Position numbers and translations under genes: made by a program
Shown here: in pieces, positions 13,080-30,472 of the stretch
Position numbering within the stretch: position 1 is the first letter of the stretch
Layout: every line of letters starts with the position of its first letter
Origin: Octopus vulgaris
Taxonomy: Eukaryota
Assembly: GCA_951406725.2 (NCBI GenBank)
Contig: OX597817.1
Location: 31,248,001 to 31,312,000, forward strand
Length of the DNA: 64,000 bases
Direction of reading: 5' to 3'
Notes under the pieces: model-generated
What the model was told of the DNA's origin: nothing
The model's database searches: none
Seen by the model: only the letters and a program-made list of their open reading frames with translations

Positions 13080-13700
13080 CAAGAAACGAATGGCCAGTCA
13101 TTGTCTTATTGTTTACAAATAATACACTAACTATCGTTAAAAAATTTTCTTTTTCCTTTTCAGTGAAACAAGATCAGTGTTGTAAAATACATTCGACGGA
13201 AAGGGAAATCAATACAGGAATTAAACAGTTCCTGAATAAAATTGATAATTGCTCGGAGACTAAACACTGTTGTGGTAGATAAAGGAAAAAAGGAAACCAA
13301 TATTATAGATATTGCTATACCTGGGGATGCACGCAAAGGTGACAAATAACTAGAAAAGATTGAAAAGTACAGACCACTAAAAGACGAATTCAGGAGAGTA
13401 TCTGTCTTTCTAGTTGTTGTAGGGGCACTCGGATCACTAACAACCAAGTTCGAGGAATATGTCAGAGAAATTGGAATTCACATGAGATCAAAACGAGCCC
13501 AAAAAACTGGTTTGCTGGGGACAGCTTGGGTTTTGAGATTGGTACTTGTGTGTTGAATGTTTTCCACGATAATTAACAACCAGTTATCAAAGCGTATAAT
13601 GTGCGGAAAGAGACCCTGTGAGACACATGACAACAGGCTGCTGTCTGCTCTCACAGAATCAACCAGAGCAAACAAGATCGATCACTCTGAGAAGTAAAAC
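13080..13700 (+). mobile_element. R4/Dong-like RLE LINE, 3' end followed by (AAT)n
   Basis: IIDIAIPGD...KIEKYRPLK...VVVGALG...AQKTGLLGTAWVLR restriction-like endonuclease C-terminus. Confidence 0.8.
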
Positions 13701-13774
<74 letters not shown>

Positions 13775-13791
13775 TAGTAATAATAATAATA

Positions 13792-14890
13792 GAAGGCAGA
13801 AAGAAATCGAAGAACCAGACGAAGAGAGCAACTCTCCACGAGTCTCAAAAGACTGCCATCTGACCAGAACACCCAAACATCTGAGGAAATAAATTGTAAT
13901 GAACCTGATAAAGATAGTGAGAAAAGTGGTAAAGAAACAATATTTGAAGACTACACATTTACTGAATAACATAGAGAGTTTATGAAAGAAATGAAGCAGA
14001 AAATCCTGAATAAACTTGCATTTGTAAGATACGCCAAGAAGCATGATAGAGAATCACTTCATAAACTCTTCAATACAATCCAAAATAGAAAACAAATTAA
14101 AATTGAAAACTATGTAACAAAAGAAATTATACAAGGACTAAAACCAGATCTCATTGGATTAAACAAAATTATTTACGCAGCTGCTAAGAAGATTGAAACT
14201 AGTTGCATGCCTCTGAAAAAAAGGGAAAACATAGAAATACAAACCTGAGAAGAATTCCAAACTGGAAAAGTAGAATTGAAAAAGAGATTGAAATAATGAG
14301 AGGTAAAATATCAATATTGAATGAACTAATCCGTGGAAGCAATGAAAAAATCTGAAAAGGAAGAAAGTTGAAGAGAAAATATAGAGAAAAAAGTTGACGA
14401 GAATAATTGCTTTCAGTAAAAGAAACACTGCAACAAAAAGGCCAAGCAAAAGCTCAAAGAATTCGAAGATTTGAGAATAAAAACAAATTTTACAAGCAAA
14501 ATAAGTTGTTCACATCCAATGCGAAAACATTCTACAGAGAAATAGGAAAGGAGAAAATATCCATTGAAGACCCCAATCCCACTCCCATGAAAGAAGTTGA
14601 AAACTTTTGGAAAAATATCTGGAATGAGGAAAAGACTTCCAATGAAAATGCAGACTGGATTAGGCGTATAGTAGGATCCTACCGAAACTTACCAGAACAA
14701 GTATGGGAAGACATCTCAATAGCAGATCTAAGGATGACACTCTCGAAGGCTCATAAGTGGAAATTTCCTGATAATGGTAGTGTGCTAAATTTCTGGCTCT
14801 CATCGCTCCCGTGCGCACACGAAAAGTTAGATCAGTTATTCAATGAAATTATGAGAGATCCTACAAAAAAATCTTCAGTAAAGTATTAGA
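13792..14890 (+). mobile_element. R4/Dong-like LINE, region N-terminal to the RT
   Basis: ORF 14407-14889 AKAQRIRRF..QNKLF..FYRE..VENFWKNIW..NFWL; starts immediately after (AAT)n. Confidence 0.8.
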
Positions 14891-15009
14891 TAGTTGAAGA
14901 GAATAAATAGCACGGTGCCGTGGGCAGCAGATAGCATGCCTGCTACTCATGCAAGATTTCAGGAGTTCCAACAAAACCTCAGTTAAAATAAAAAGAATAA
15001 TTTTATCAT

Positions 15010-15200
15010 TGGCACTAGTCCTGACATTTTGAGGAAGGAGGCGTGTTGATTACATCGACCCCAGTGCTCAACTGGTACTTAGTTTATCGACTCCGAAGGA
15101 TAAAAATCAAAGTCGGCTGAATTTGTACTTAGAACGTAAAGACTGAGAAAATGCCGCAGAGTATTTTGTCCAGTGTGCTATCGATACTGCCGGCTCGCCA
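15010..15200 (-). mobile_element. SINE family B, diverged
   Basis: gattacatcgaccccagtgctcaactggtact and ctgccggctcgcc are the reverse complement of the family B tail and head. Confidence 0.75.
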
Positions 15201-15230
15201 TCTTAATACTAATACTACTACTATTACTAC

Positions 15231-15781
<551 letters not shown>

Positions 15782-15782
<1 letters not shown>

Positions 15783-16192
15783 GGCGCAGGAGTGGCTTTG
15801 TGGTAAGTAGCTTGCTTACCAACCACATGGTTCCAGGTTCATTCCCACTGCGGGGTACCTTGGGTAACTGTCTTCTACTATAGCCTCGGGCCGACCAAAG
15901 CCTTGTGAGTGGATTTGATAGACGGAAACTGAATGAAGCCCGTCGTATATATGTATATATGCTTGTGTGTGTATATGTTTGTGTGTCTGTATTTGTCCCA
16001 CCCCATCCCACCCAACATCGCTTGACAACTGTTGCTGGTGTTTTTACATCCCCGTAACTTACCGGTTCGGCAAAAGAGACCGATAGAATAAGTAGTAGGC
16101 TTCCAAATAATAAGTCCAGGGGTCGATTTGCTCGACTAAAGGCGGTGCTCCAGCGTGGCCGCAGTCAAATGACTGAAACAAGTGAATGAGTA
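15782..16192 (+). mobile_element. SINE family A
   Basis: Full head, core and tail, inserted in (TTA)n. Confidence 0.9.
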
Positions 16193-16217
16193 AATAATAA
16201 TTATTATTATTATTATT

Positions 16218-17535
16218 CCGTAGTTCTATTTTTATAGCGTGCTTTCACTTCACTACCGAGCGCAGCTCTGTGTGCCTTGGGTATGTGCTGTGATTTGTTG
16301 TGATGCTCTGATGGTTATTGTATGGAAAGTGTTCTGCGTAGGATGTGTGCAGTGACTAGTAGTGCAATTTTCTGTATGTTATATGTGTTTGTAAGTCCTG
16401 GTGTTTTTGTTATGTATTTGTCTGAATATTTTTTTATCATGCCTAATGCACCTACTATGATAGGAATTGTTTCTGTTTTTAGATTCCACATTCTGGTTAC
16501 CTCTATTTCCAGGTCTTTGTATTTTGAAAGTTTCTCCATTTCTTTTAGAGACAGGTTGTCATCTATTGGTATTGATACATCAATTAGAAAGCATTTTTTT
16601 CTTCATGATCTCTGACAACTATATCTGGTCTGTTGGCCTTAATTTCCCTATCTGTGTGTATCGGCATATCCCAGAGTATGGTTGCTTTCTCATTTTCTGT
16701 GACCTTCTCTGGTGTGTGCCTATACCATCTTTTTTCTGTTCTTATTCCATAATGTTGGCATAGCTTCCAGTGTTTGTAGGTCCCAACTCTGTCATGTCTG
16801 TGAACATATTCCTTCTTAGCCAGGACTGGGCAGCTAGAGATAATATGATTTATTGTTTCTTGTCCATCTCCACATATTCTGCAGTTACTTGTTATATTTC
16901 TTTTCATTACATGTTTTTGGTAATTTCTGGTGGGGGAGGCTTTGGTCTTGTGCTGCAATTAAAAATCCCTCTGTTTCTGCTTTGAGTCCTGAGCTTCTCA
17001 ACCATTGCTGGGATTTTTCTTTGTCTATTTATTTTGCGTTTAGTTTAGTCCAGTATTTACCATGAAGGGGCTTTTCTTGCCATCGTTTTATCATGGTTCT
17101 TTGCTGTTCTAGTTTTAGTTTGGATTTCATTTGTTTTATAGCTTTTGTTGTTTCTTCATCTTCTTCTTCTTCTTCTTCTTCATATTTGTTAGGTGGTATG
17201 ATTTCTTGTTTGTATTTGTCAGCTTCCTTAAATAATGAGAACAGTTTTTTGTTTTGCTCGTGTTTTGCCGCTATTTGTATCAGTTTTCCTTCCTTCTGAA
17301 GTAGATTTTTTGTAGTCCTATGGTGATTATTTTATAGTAGTTTTCCAACTGTATAAGGCCTCTATCACCTTTTATACGTTGTATATATAGTCTTTCTACG
17401 TCAGATTTTGGGTGATGCATCCTAGATCCTGTCATTATTTTTCTTGTTTTCATATCTATTTTGGTCAGTTCATTTAGTGTCCAGTTAAGGATATTGTAGC
17501 TGTAACTTATGACTGGGACAGCTAAAGTGTTAATA
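16218..17535 (-). mobile_element. R4/Dong-like LINE (CCHC knuckle and RLE endonuclease), 5'-truncated
   Basis: CRICGDGQETINHIISSC...RHD...ILWD...RPDIVV (ORF 16584-16958) and KLSKYKDL...IVGALG...TAHILR (ORF 16315-16539); (TTA)n on both sides. Confidence 0.92.
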
Positions 17536-17537
17536 CC

Positions 17538-17571
<34 letters not shown>

Positions 17572-17575
17572 GATA

Positions 17576-17606
<31 letters not shown>

Positions 17607-17614
17607 TATTATTA

Positions 17615-17869
17615 AACATCCTTAAACAACCCTTATTCAAGGAACTTTGAGTAGGATGGGTTACTCGACCAGAAGAAAATTCTAACTGGGCCCCCACCTG
17701 CAAGGTCATGTGCTGTTTATCTTGATATAAGATTACCATGTCGCGCACATATGGTGGTGATGCATATGCCCGGTGTACCCTTTTCAGATGGGAAGTCGTG
17801 TTGGGTATATTGAGCTTCGTATATCAGTACCTCAGTGTCACTTTACTTGCATGCACTGATCTCTCACTC
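17615..17869 (+). mobile_element. 5'-truncated copy of the ~555-nt (AAT)n-associated structured element
   Basis: aacatccttaaacaacccttattc...ctctcactc matches the 3' half of the units at 54614-57327. Confidence 0.9.
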
Positions 17870-20801
17870 ATTAATGATGGCGATGACGAAGAAGAAGAAA
17901 AAGAAGAAACAAAACTAAAAATTTAGCTCGTAAATTTTGATATTTTTGTTTTTACTTCATCATGACACTGCTTGTTTATAAATACTCTTGTCTGTTATTG
18001 ATAATAATTGTACTTTGCAAGAACACCGAAAGCAGTTGATGCTACCGTTCAAAACATACCGCATTTACTGTCAAGATAAAACTGTTCATTCATATTCAAA
18101 GCTGTTAAAAGTAGAACTGCTAAAAATTTGAATTAAAAAATAGAGTATATCCGTGAGCTGTTAAACAAGGTGGGTCCTAACACATCGGGCTGTTACCAAC
18201 TTTGGATTAAATTTGGAAGCTTAAAATATTTATGCAGCTAAATATTGCTATCTCTTTGAATCTAGCTCTTGACAAGCCCCTTTTTACTTCCATCTGATCC
18301 TTTATTCCTAGATTATTTGAAATCAAAAACATCTACCAGCAAGCTACAATGTTCATTCATCATTTTTTCCCTTATAATTCTAATAAATTGGAAGGAAATG
18401 TGTGATACTAAACTTGTGGCAGAACTGATTTCGTTACATGTCTGCTCGTAATTCAATTGGTAAATTAAGACTTCGCATTCATCTACAGCGGATGCGTTGC
18501 ACTTTCAGTCAAATCATTTACTGAAAAATAGGTATCAATTGACCAGAGTATTATTTCTATAAATATTTATATCGCTTGCGTTGAAGTTTTACGGAGAAAA
18601 TGGGTCAGCATATCATGTAAGAAATGGTACATTACACATGTAATAATAATAAGTCATTTCTCCAATGAGCAAGAATGACTTATAGAGCTTATACTTAAAC
18701 TATCTGTCTACTGAAATGATATTTTGGAAAAAAATTCAGAACATTCAGTGTGAATTCGAAGTCGACTAATGAAAAAATAAATATATATATTCACTTATGT
18801 ATTACATAAGGCTGGTAGATGAGTAGAATCGTTGGAGTGTCAGATAAATTTCGTTGCATTGTGTAGGTACATTTCTTTAAGTTTTGAGCTCAAATCTTTT
18901 AATTTCTTCAGTATCGATAAAATAAATGCTTCTAGTTTAGTGATTAATATATCTTGTTAGTGAAGCATTCATCACATCATGGCTGACTTTTAAGAAGGAT
19001 AAAAAATTTTATGTGCATACTTACACTGATTTAAAATTTAAGTTGAATAACATAATTCTTCTGAGAACAAAATATCATTGTATCCCACTTTACTCTCTAA
19101 AAATTTCATAAGTGATGAAAAAACTGATGAAAAAACTCCCATTTTGAAAAATACAAACAGTAGATAAAAAAAATATTCTTTCTTAAATATCCTCATTAAA
19201 GTAGCCATTTCTTTGCGAGTATCCATTTTAAACATTTTAATCTAAAGAATGTTGTATATTAGGAATAGCTCGCAGAATATTAATAGATCCAAGGAAAGAA
19301 AATAAAAGAATATTATTGGCTTCTTTCAAGAGTTTTGCCAAAAACATTAAATATAATTACGTTAAGATCAAAGAGGTAAAAGAATGTAGGTTTCTCTTTA
19401 TTGCAAAAGAACTTTCAAAATTAGTGTTTCTATATATTAAATTAAGAGATTTAATCTTCCAAGTAAAATTCCAAACGTGAGGCATTTAAAATCCCGCCCC
19501 TATATTTTCTTTTATGTATTTAATTTTTGACTGGTACAAATAAAAAATAGTTCTAATAGCTATGGTGTACTTAAAGGAGACGAACAGTTTTTAATACTTA
19601 CCGAAACAGATTCATTGTTACTTGCCCATAGATTAACGCCTTAAGCTTTGAACTTATTGAGGTAGGGAGACAGTTTTATGCCTGTCTCTATGATATTAGC
19701 GATCTAAGGGAAGACAAATAGCCTTGAAGAGAAACTAAAACGAACTCGGAAAACGCGATATACCGGTATTGATAATTACGCTACATTATTCCGATTGCTA
19801 AAGTTACAATACGATAGATAATACAATAAACTTATTCTAATTTACAGTTTTTTTTTTTAAACAAAATAACAAGTTCTTAGTTCAATACTGAAGACATTCT
19901 TTTGATGAGATGGATTTAAAAAAAGTACCCTCGGTTGGAAATGACTGGCACAGTCTAGTAAATGTGATAAAATTACTCAACTCCGACTCGGATGTGTCGC
20001 AAACTCATTCTGGTTGTCAGCAGCTTAGTTGCTACAACTTTACAATATTCGCACAAAAATGGTTTAGAATTTGTGAGGATGTACTAATAAATTAAAATAC
20101 AATAAATTAAAAATAGAGAAAGCAAATAAACAAAGTTAAGTTAATGGTATTACTAATTGGTAAATAAGGTTTTGATATAAAATAAAGATGATGTTTGGAA
20201 GGAATATTATTGTGACTATTATTATTTGTACGATGAGATTATGCGAATCTTAAAATTGCGGGTGGACTCTCTGTTGGTGTTCCTGATGAACGTTGATTAA
20301 CGAACTTACTTCCTGCATATGAAATTAATGTATAACCGACTGAATATTGCGGAGAAACGTGTGCCCTTTACACAGCTCTCTAGTGGATAATGCTGAACCT
20401 TTGAGTTCCAGATTCGCTCCAAAGAAAAAAAGAAAGGCGAAGTAACTTTATAGTGATTCGAACTCAGTCAATGAGTTGGAATGAATATCGCAAGACAGTG
20501 AATCTGACGATCTATTGATTCTGCCATCTTGTCACTTGTGCCATTATTACATTCGTGGCTGAAACCAACTGTTGGATAGTAATATATTTTCCTCATTTCA
20601 TATTAATCCAATGGATACATGATAAAGAGTTAGGAAACTTCTTATGTGCTAAACCATCGCTTGAAACGTAACCACAAAACTCTCGAGGGTTTTATGTCGT
20701 ATATGAAATTACCTTTGAAGGCTGATAAATAAACAAAGTTTTGTTTGAATTCTAGCATCATGGTGGGGGTTCTTATATTTATTTAATAATAATGATAACA
20801 C

Positions 20802-23881
<3,080 letters not shown>

Positions 23882-25499
23882 TAAGGCAAGAGTTTTAAAA
23901 ATAAACATGTCCATAGTATTTTCTAACGATCCACCAATTTCAGGAGTGATTTAGTCATAAAGTTCAAATAGATTTGATTTCCTTTTTGAGATAAGTTCAT
24001 ATAACTAAAATTTAGTCTGTACTTAGGGAAACATGTCTCGGTGTTTTTAATCTATTTTCTATTTTCTTTTCGTCTTATTCGTAAAGGTTTGATCTTCGTT
24101 CGCAATAACGTCTCATGTTATATTTTACTCTGTTTTTCTATGTCTGCACTGACTGAGATTTAAATCAAGAGCCTATATTTCACGCAGAATTCCAACATAA
24201 ACACGGTATATACGGTACCGAAAGATGAATGGAAATCAAAGCATTCAGAAAGGAGTGTTTTAGGGAAAAAGCAGAAAAGATGAGTTTAACAGTTCGGAAA
24301 TTTTTTTTATCTAAATATTTCTCATTTCTAAAAAAAAAAATGGAATCTACAGAAAAAAAGAGAAACTTATTCCGAAAAGAAAAAAAATTGACATAAATAT
24401 AATATAACGAATTTTATTTTTTCTAATTTTTTTTTCTGCCAGTTTTTCTCCATTTCTTTATTTTCCTATCTATCAAGCTATCTCTATTTTAGTTCAGTGT
24501 ATCTATCCGTATATAAAGATTCATGCTTATATGCGTGTGCGCGTGCGTATGTGTGTGCTCACGCGCAGAACGTGTAAATAAAATCATGTAGATTTATGTG
24601 ATCCTTTAAGTGGTATTTCAAAAATTAATAAAATGCATTTAATCATATCTTGATGAACCCTTCTTTTACCAAAATATTCACAATGGAATGCCATTACTCT
24701 TTCGAAGATTAGGACTTTTGTGTTCCTCATACAATATTTGAAGTAGAGTGAAGAATAAATTTTGTCCGTCACAAGTGTCGACTGTCACAACCATAAAGAT
24801 ATGGGAATTTATTTCTCTAACCGATTAACTGACATATATGAAACTTAAGCTGCGTCCGAAACATGGTTTTCCCAGAACTTATCAAATGCGATGAAAACCC
24901 AAGCACGAGATATGGAGGAAATCCGTGCATGATCGCTTGACTGTCAAAGAGTAACAACTACATCTCACGAGTAAAGACAATGTAGCATTAACTAAAGTAT
25001 ATGAAAATGAATTAGTTCGATTTCGTTCAGAAACATCACTATTGGCTTTATACTAAACTTATAAAGAAGGAGAGAAAGAAAATAACCTATATATTAAGAC
25101 ACAGAACTAATGGACGAAAACTTTGTGATGGAAATTAAATTGTTTACAGAGGTTATTGAAACATACATTATACCCTTCTTCCGCTTTCCCAGATACACGT
25201 ATACTCAAGAACACAAAAATATAGAAAGTATATGCATACGATGGTTGTGAGTATTTGAAATAAAAATAGTGATTTATAACATTGGTTCAAAATTAAAACT
25301 TTATAGGGTGGAAACAATTGATTTAATCGACTTCCACAGCACTTGACTGATATCTAAATTATAAGTGAAAGATTAAGTCCATATCGGGGGAATTTTAACT
25401 TAGATATGTAACAAAGTACTCTATCTCTTTTGTGTCCAGACAGCCGTGACATTTTCAAAGTTGAGCTGCTTGCAAAAGTTCATATTTAAAATGCTAACT

Positions 25500-27272
25500 T
25501 AAGCAAACTTCCAGATAATGCCAAAACCAAGAGTGTGATACTGCAGAAACAGTACTGCTCTGTCTTCAGCAATCCTGATATGGCCGACCTGGACTGTATC
25601 AGTGATGTTAATCCTCAACACACTATATCGGACATAACGTTTGGCCCCCCTGATATTTTAGTGGCAATAAACGAAATTAAACACTATTCAGCAGCAGGCC
25701 CTGATATGATCCCTGCTTGTGTTCTGAAGATGAGTCGACATCAACTTGCATCTCCTCTTGCTAATCTGTGGAGGAACTCACTGGATGCTGGTTATATTCC
25801 TGAAAACTTTCTGTCCCGGTTTTCAAAATCGGAAATAAGCCCCTTGTAGTGAACTCCCATCCGATCTCACCTCTCATTCCATCAAGGTATTTGAGAGGGT
25901 GGTGAGATCCCGAATAACCCACTTTCTTGAAAGAAACAGACTGCTGAACTCCAACCAACATGGATTCCATAATGGGAGGAACTGCCTAACGCATCTCTTG
26001 CATCACGTTGATGACATTTTGAGAGCTTTGGGAGAAGGCTCTAACACCGATGTCATCTACCTTAATTTCAGCAAGGCCTTTGACAGGGTTGATCATAAGA
26101 TTCTCTCGAAAACGCTATCCAACATTCGTGTCCCTAGGAAGTTACTTCAATGGATCAAGTGATTCCTGACAGACAAAATCCAACATGGTGTAATCGAAGG
26201 AGTAAAATCAAACCCTGCCAAAGTCAGTAGTGGTGTTCCGCAAGGCACTGTGTTGAGCCCACTTCTTTTCATCATCTACATCAATGACATCACTTACATC
26301 ATCAAGCACTGCAAGAAAAGAGTCTTTGCAGATGATTCCAAGATCCAGAAGGTCATCAATGAAATGGGTGACCGGGCATGCCTTCAGTCAGTTCTACTGG
26401 CTGTCATCCAATCGGCGGAAAAGAATAATATGCTGCTGAACGAGAACAAATTTGAGTTAATCCACTTCGGAAAAAAAGGATACCCTAAAACTCCCATACT
26501 CCCTTCCTTCAGGTGAAACTATCAGGGCATCCAACAACATCAGAGACTTGGGAGTAATTCTGGACAACATAAGCTGGGCCGCTCATATAAGCAGCAAAGT
26601 TGACATGGCCCGAAGAATGTGTTCCTGGATTCTCAGAACTATCCAGTCGATATATCCACACCATTATCCTACTCTTCTCCACTTTTGCGCGATCCCACCT
26701 TGAATCCCACTTTGGTCTCCACACACGAAACAAAGTATCATGAAAGTTGAAGCACCTCAAAGGTCAATTACAAAAATGATAGATGGCACAACAGGCCTTG
26801 ACTATTAGAGTAAACTAGGAAAGCTCAAGCTTTATTCTCTTCAACACCACAGTGAGGGCTACACCATGTGCACGATGTGGAAAATATTCCATCAGCATCG
26901 CACAAATGATGTTGGCATCACCTTTAAGATACACCAATGACTTGGATCCTGTGCTATCCGCCCACAACATAAATCATACTCGCATCACATAACAATACGG
27001 TACAATTATTTCACCTCAATTGGCCCCGCTCTCTTTAGCATTGCACCAAAACGCATTAAAACAGAAACAGACCCCATAAATTTCAAGAATTCTTTGGACA
27101 AATTTCTTCAAGGAATTGGATAAACTTCCTACAACGGGATATGTCTCTGTAAAAATAACTCCCTACTTGAGTGGACCATGTTGTCCGATTCCTTATTTGA
27201 ATGAATTCGCCAAGTGGTGCTATTTAGTTAGACATGGCGAGAGCCAATACTGGCCGAAACCTATCAAAGTAT

Positions 27273-27277
<5 letters not shown>
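25500..27277 (+). mobile_element. CR1-like LINE, RT and C-terminal region with 3' tail, decayed
   Basis: SAAGPD, QHGF, DVIYLNFSKAFDRVDH, SGVPQGTVLSPLLFIIYINDI, FADDSK and RDLGV motifs; 3' stem-loop followed by (tatcaaag) repeats. Confidence 0.93.
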
Positions 27278-27328
<51 letters not shown>

Positions 27329-27419
27329 ATATGTATATATAATATATAATATATATATAATATATAATATACATATAATATATACATATATATATAATAT
27401 ATACACATATATTTATATA

Positions 27420-27457
<38 letters not shown>

Positions 27458-28095
27458 TACATATGCGGACTCTGATACCTAAATATTTATTATATTAAGA
27501 AATTAAGATATGCTTCGTGTAAAGTATGATATTTTGTTGCTACTGTAGCATATAATAAAACCTCATATAGTTAAATCTGGGTAAAAGATTAAAGGAGCAA
27601 AACTTACATATTTGTTTACATTAACTGATCTTTTCATATACTTCGTATTTGTAAATGTATAATATATCTAAACATATATTTGTAGATAGAAAAACATATT
27701 TGTACGTGAGGAAATTAAGAGAACAGTTTTGCATTAAAAATGTCCTGTAATAACTAAACAGATATGAAATTATATCCCCTTTATGTTAGTAAAATTATTT
27801 CGTTAGATACTGTTAAATAGAATTACACTCATATATAATTCGATAATGGAATATTTCAGTGTAGTTATTTCCATCAGACAGTTTGACATATGATTCAACG
27901 GATTTGTACGCGAATCGTATATGAGCTTACATAAAAACTTTTACAAATGCGATAGCTACGATTCCATTTATATTTATTAACTAAACGAATACTTTGATAT
28001 TGATACAATATTTTGAAATAACATTTAATACTGACACTAGAAAGTTCAACTTTTTAAATAGGTAAGCAAGTACAAAAATGTAAATAGGGTAAACT

Positions 28096-28224
28096 AGTCA
28101 GTAGTGGTGTTCCACAAGGCACTGTTTTGAGCCCACTTCTTTTCATCATCTACATCAATGACATCACTTACATCATCAAGTACAGCAACAAAAGTGTCTT
28201 TGCAGATGATTCCAAGATCCAGAA
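28096..28224 (+). mobile_element. Isolated ~130-bp copy of the RT core of the upstream LINE
   Basis: Matches 26222-26350 (gtcagtagtggtgttcc...gatgattccaagatccagaa). Confidence 0.9.
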
Positions 28225-28399
28225 TGCTAGCTTTTGACTTAATGGCACAGATCATTAACGTAAGTAGGTTTTCATGCAAGATCACTTTATACAACTGAAA
28301 TAATTTCTGTCAATAAGGTAAGATGTAAGCATTAAACATTTCCCAATAAGATATTTCGACGATAGTCAAAAATATAAAAATAATAAAATAACGCTGGAA

Positions 28400-29230
28400 T
28401 ATTTTCATGGGACAAAAGAAATTGGTCTCAAATTATTTAAACAAACATATAACTGAAAACAAATGGAACCAGTTAAACTGCTATTCGCAGGTACTGATAA
28501 GAGAAAGGGCATAGAAGGAAATATGCGTTGTAGAAAATATATCGAACCTAAATTTGTCTAGAGCTCTGCAAAACAAACAGACTACATGGACCACCGAAAA
28601 GGGCCATCGTTTGAAGGAAACAGATCACAAGTGAAAATTTCAACGTCTTCATGGGGTAATTACTAACTCAATAGAATATTTTCAATATAACAGTATTACA
28701 TGGTGATGTTGAGTCTTTCAATGACATAGATATAGTTGTCGCAAAAGCCGCCATAAACAGAATGAATATACACTCAACAACAAGCATTGATGGCTCTCTT
28801 AGTATGATCCTAAAATACATAAAAACAACCTTACTCAATCCACTTCAGTTACTTATCCAAAGCATTCTGGAAAGTGATTAAATTCTCTCAAAACTTAAAT
28901 AAAATATATGCTCTGTCCAAAAGGGAGGAGCAAAGCAGGCACAAAAAACATTACAGGTCTATATTTCTGCCTTTACATATCAGAAAATTTATGGAAATAA
29001 TATTCAAATAGAAACTGATTATGATTCTGAAGAATAGTAGTAATGTAATTACGCAGCAAAGTTTTCTCCTGGTCAGAAACTGTCTCACAGAGCTACTTCA
29101 GAATTACGACTGAATGCTAGATAAACTGTTCATCTAGCGAAAAGCAAATCTGCTCCGAATTTCGTGACTTGGGTGTAGCTGGAAAGCAAGGGGAGAAACT
29201 ACATGACTTTCTGAAAGACAGAAGTCAAAT
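28400..29230 (+). mobile_element. Old, heavily decayed CR1-like LINE remnant
   Basis: Remnants resembling K.G....NYRPISL and RNCLTELL motifs. Confidence 0.5.
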
Positions 29231-29302
29231 AAAATACCATTCAGACAGATCCGCATTACAAATGCAATACTTTATTCAGCTAACCTATTCCAAAATATAA
29301 TC

Positions 29303-29511
29303 TTTTCTACAATAGGAACAGGCTCTGAAATTTGGGAGAAGTTGGAGGCTAGTTGACCCTAGTGCTTAACTAATATTTATTTTATCTTCCACAAAAGGAT
29401 GAAAGGCAAAGTCAACCTCGGCAGAATTGAAACTCAGAACATAAAAAGCCGGAAGAAATACTACTAAACATTTTATCCGGCGCGCTAATGATTCTGCCAG
29501 CTCACCGCCTT
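29303..29511 (-). mobile_element. SINE family B
   Basis: aaggatgaaaggcaaagtcaacctcggcagaattgaaactcag...tctgccagctcaccgcct. Confidence 0.8.
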
Positions 29512-30235
29512 ATATTCAAATATATCCAATTATTATGCTAATAATGATATCAGTACCACATATTACGTAGGAATGACTCAGAAGAATTTCAATAAAGCTA
29601 CTAAAACCACATTTCGTCTTTGCGAAACGAAAAGAGATACACCACAACATTTTCAAGATATATAGGGAAATTAAAAATTGAAAACTTAACTATTTTAACA
29701 TTTAATTAAATATAAGGAAGCAAAACAAAATACGTATCAATAGTTTCATGATTTACGGCTGACATGTTCTAGAGAATTTTTCAAATTTCAAATAAGCACA
29801 GGACCTCAAATGCTTGTTCAGGATTCTCAAACCTATCCTCGTCTGTATCTAGTCCAGGAGGACTCGTGTTTCCAGCGAAAGGGATCTTACATGTAATTAC
29901 TTGATCAGTAGCAAATACCAGCCAAACTTCTCTCAGACAGTTCCCCAAATCCTCAAAAAAATTGATGGACACATAGTCGTTTGTAGTTAGGAATTTTCAA
30001 AATGACGGAATCTTCAAGGCTGAAATGTATTTGATTATAACTACTTGGTCAGAGCAGACTCTGGAACCAAACGACAAGCACACACAGACATGAAATATGC
30101 ATAGACACACATATATTCACACAAATGCATGTATACATACATACATACGCATACGGTTGCACACACACACACACATAAAGAAAGATAGAGGAAAAAGAAT
30201 AAGAGTAGTATAAGTATAATAGTATAAGTAAAGTA

Positions 30236-30472
30236 CAGTAATACTTCGACTATCGCGGATGTTACATTCCAAAACAACCCCGCGCGATATGTGAAAATCC
30301 GCGAAGCAGAAGTAGTACTGTACTGTGTATTTTATATTATTTTATATAGTTCGTATATATTTATTTTATATAAATTCAAAAGAACACCACAGAGGAATTG
30401 ACGTAAGCTTAAATAATAAATCGCGATAGGTGAACCGCAATAGGTGAACCGCGATATGACGAGGGATTACCG
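30236..30472. mobile_element. Tigger/pogo-like MITE with TA target duplication
   Basis: TA|CAGTAATACTTCGACTATCGCGG ... CCGCGATATGACGAGGGATTACCG|TA imperfect TIRs; subterminal ccgcg/aaccgcg repeats. Confidence 0.8.

Noticed and set aside
19602-19703. Minus-strand exon with good splice sites (cccttag|...cg|gtaagt)
   Set aside because: Stops occur in all three frames and no partner exons were found; it cannot be supported
20282-20310. CTGATGA-ACGTTGATTAAC-GAAC as a hammerhead
   Set aside because: No GAAA, stem III or stem I; the context looks like a decayed SINE
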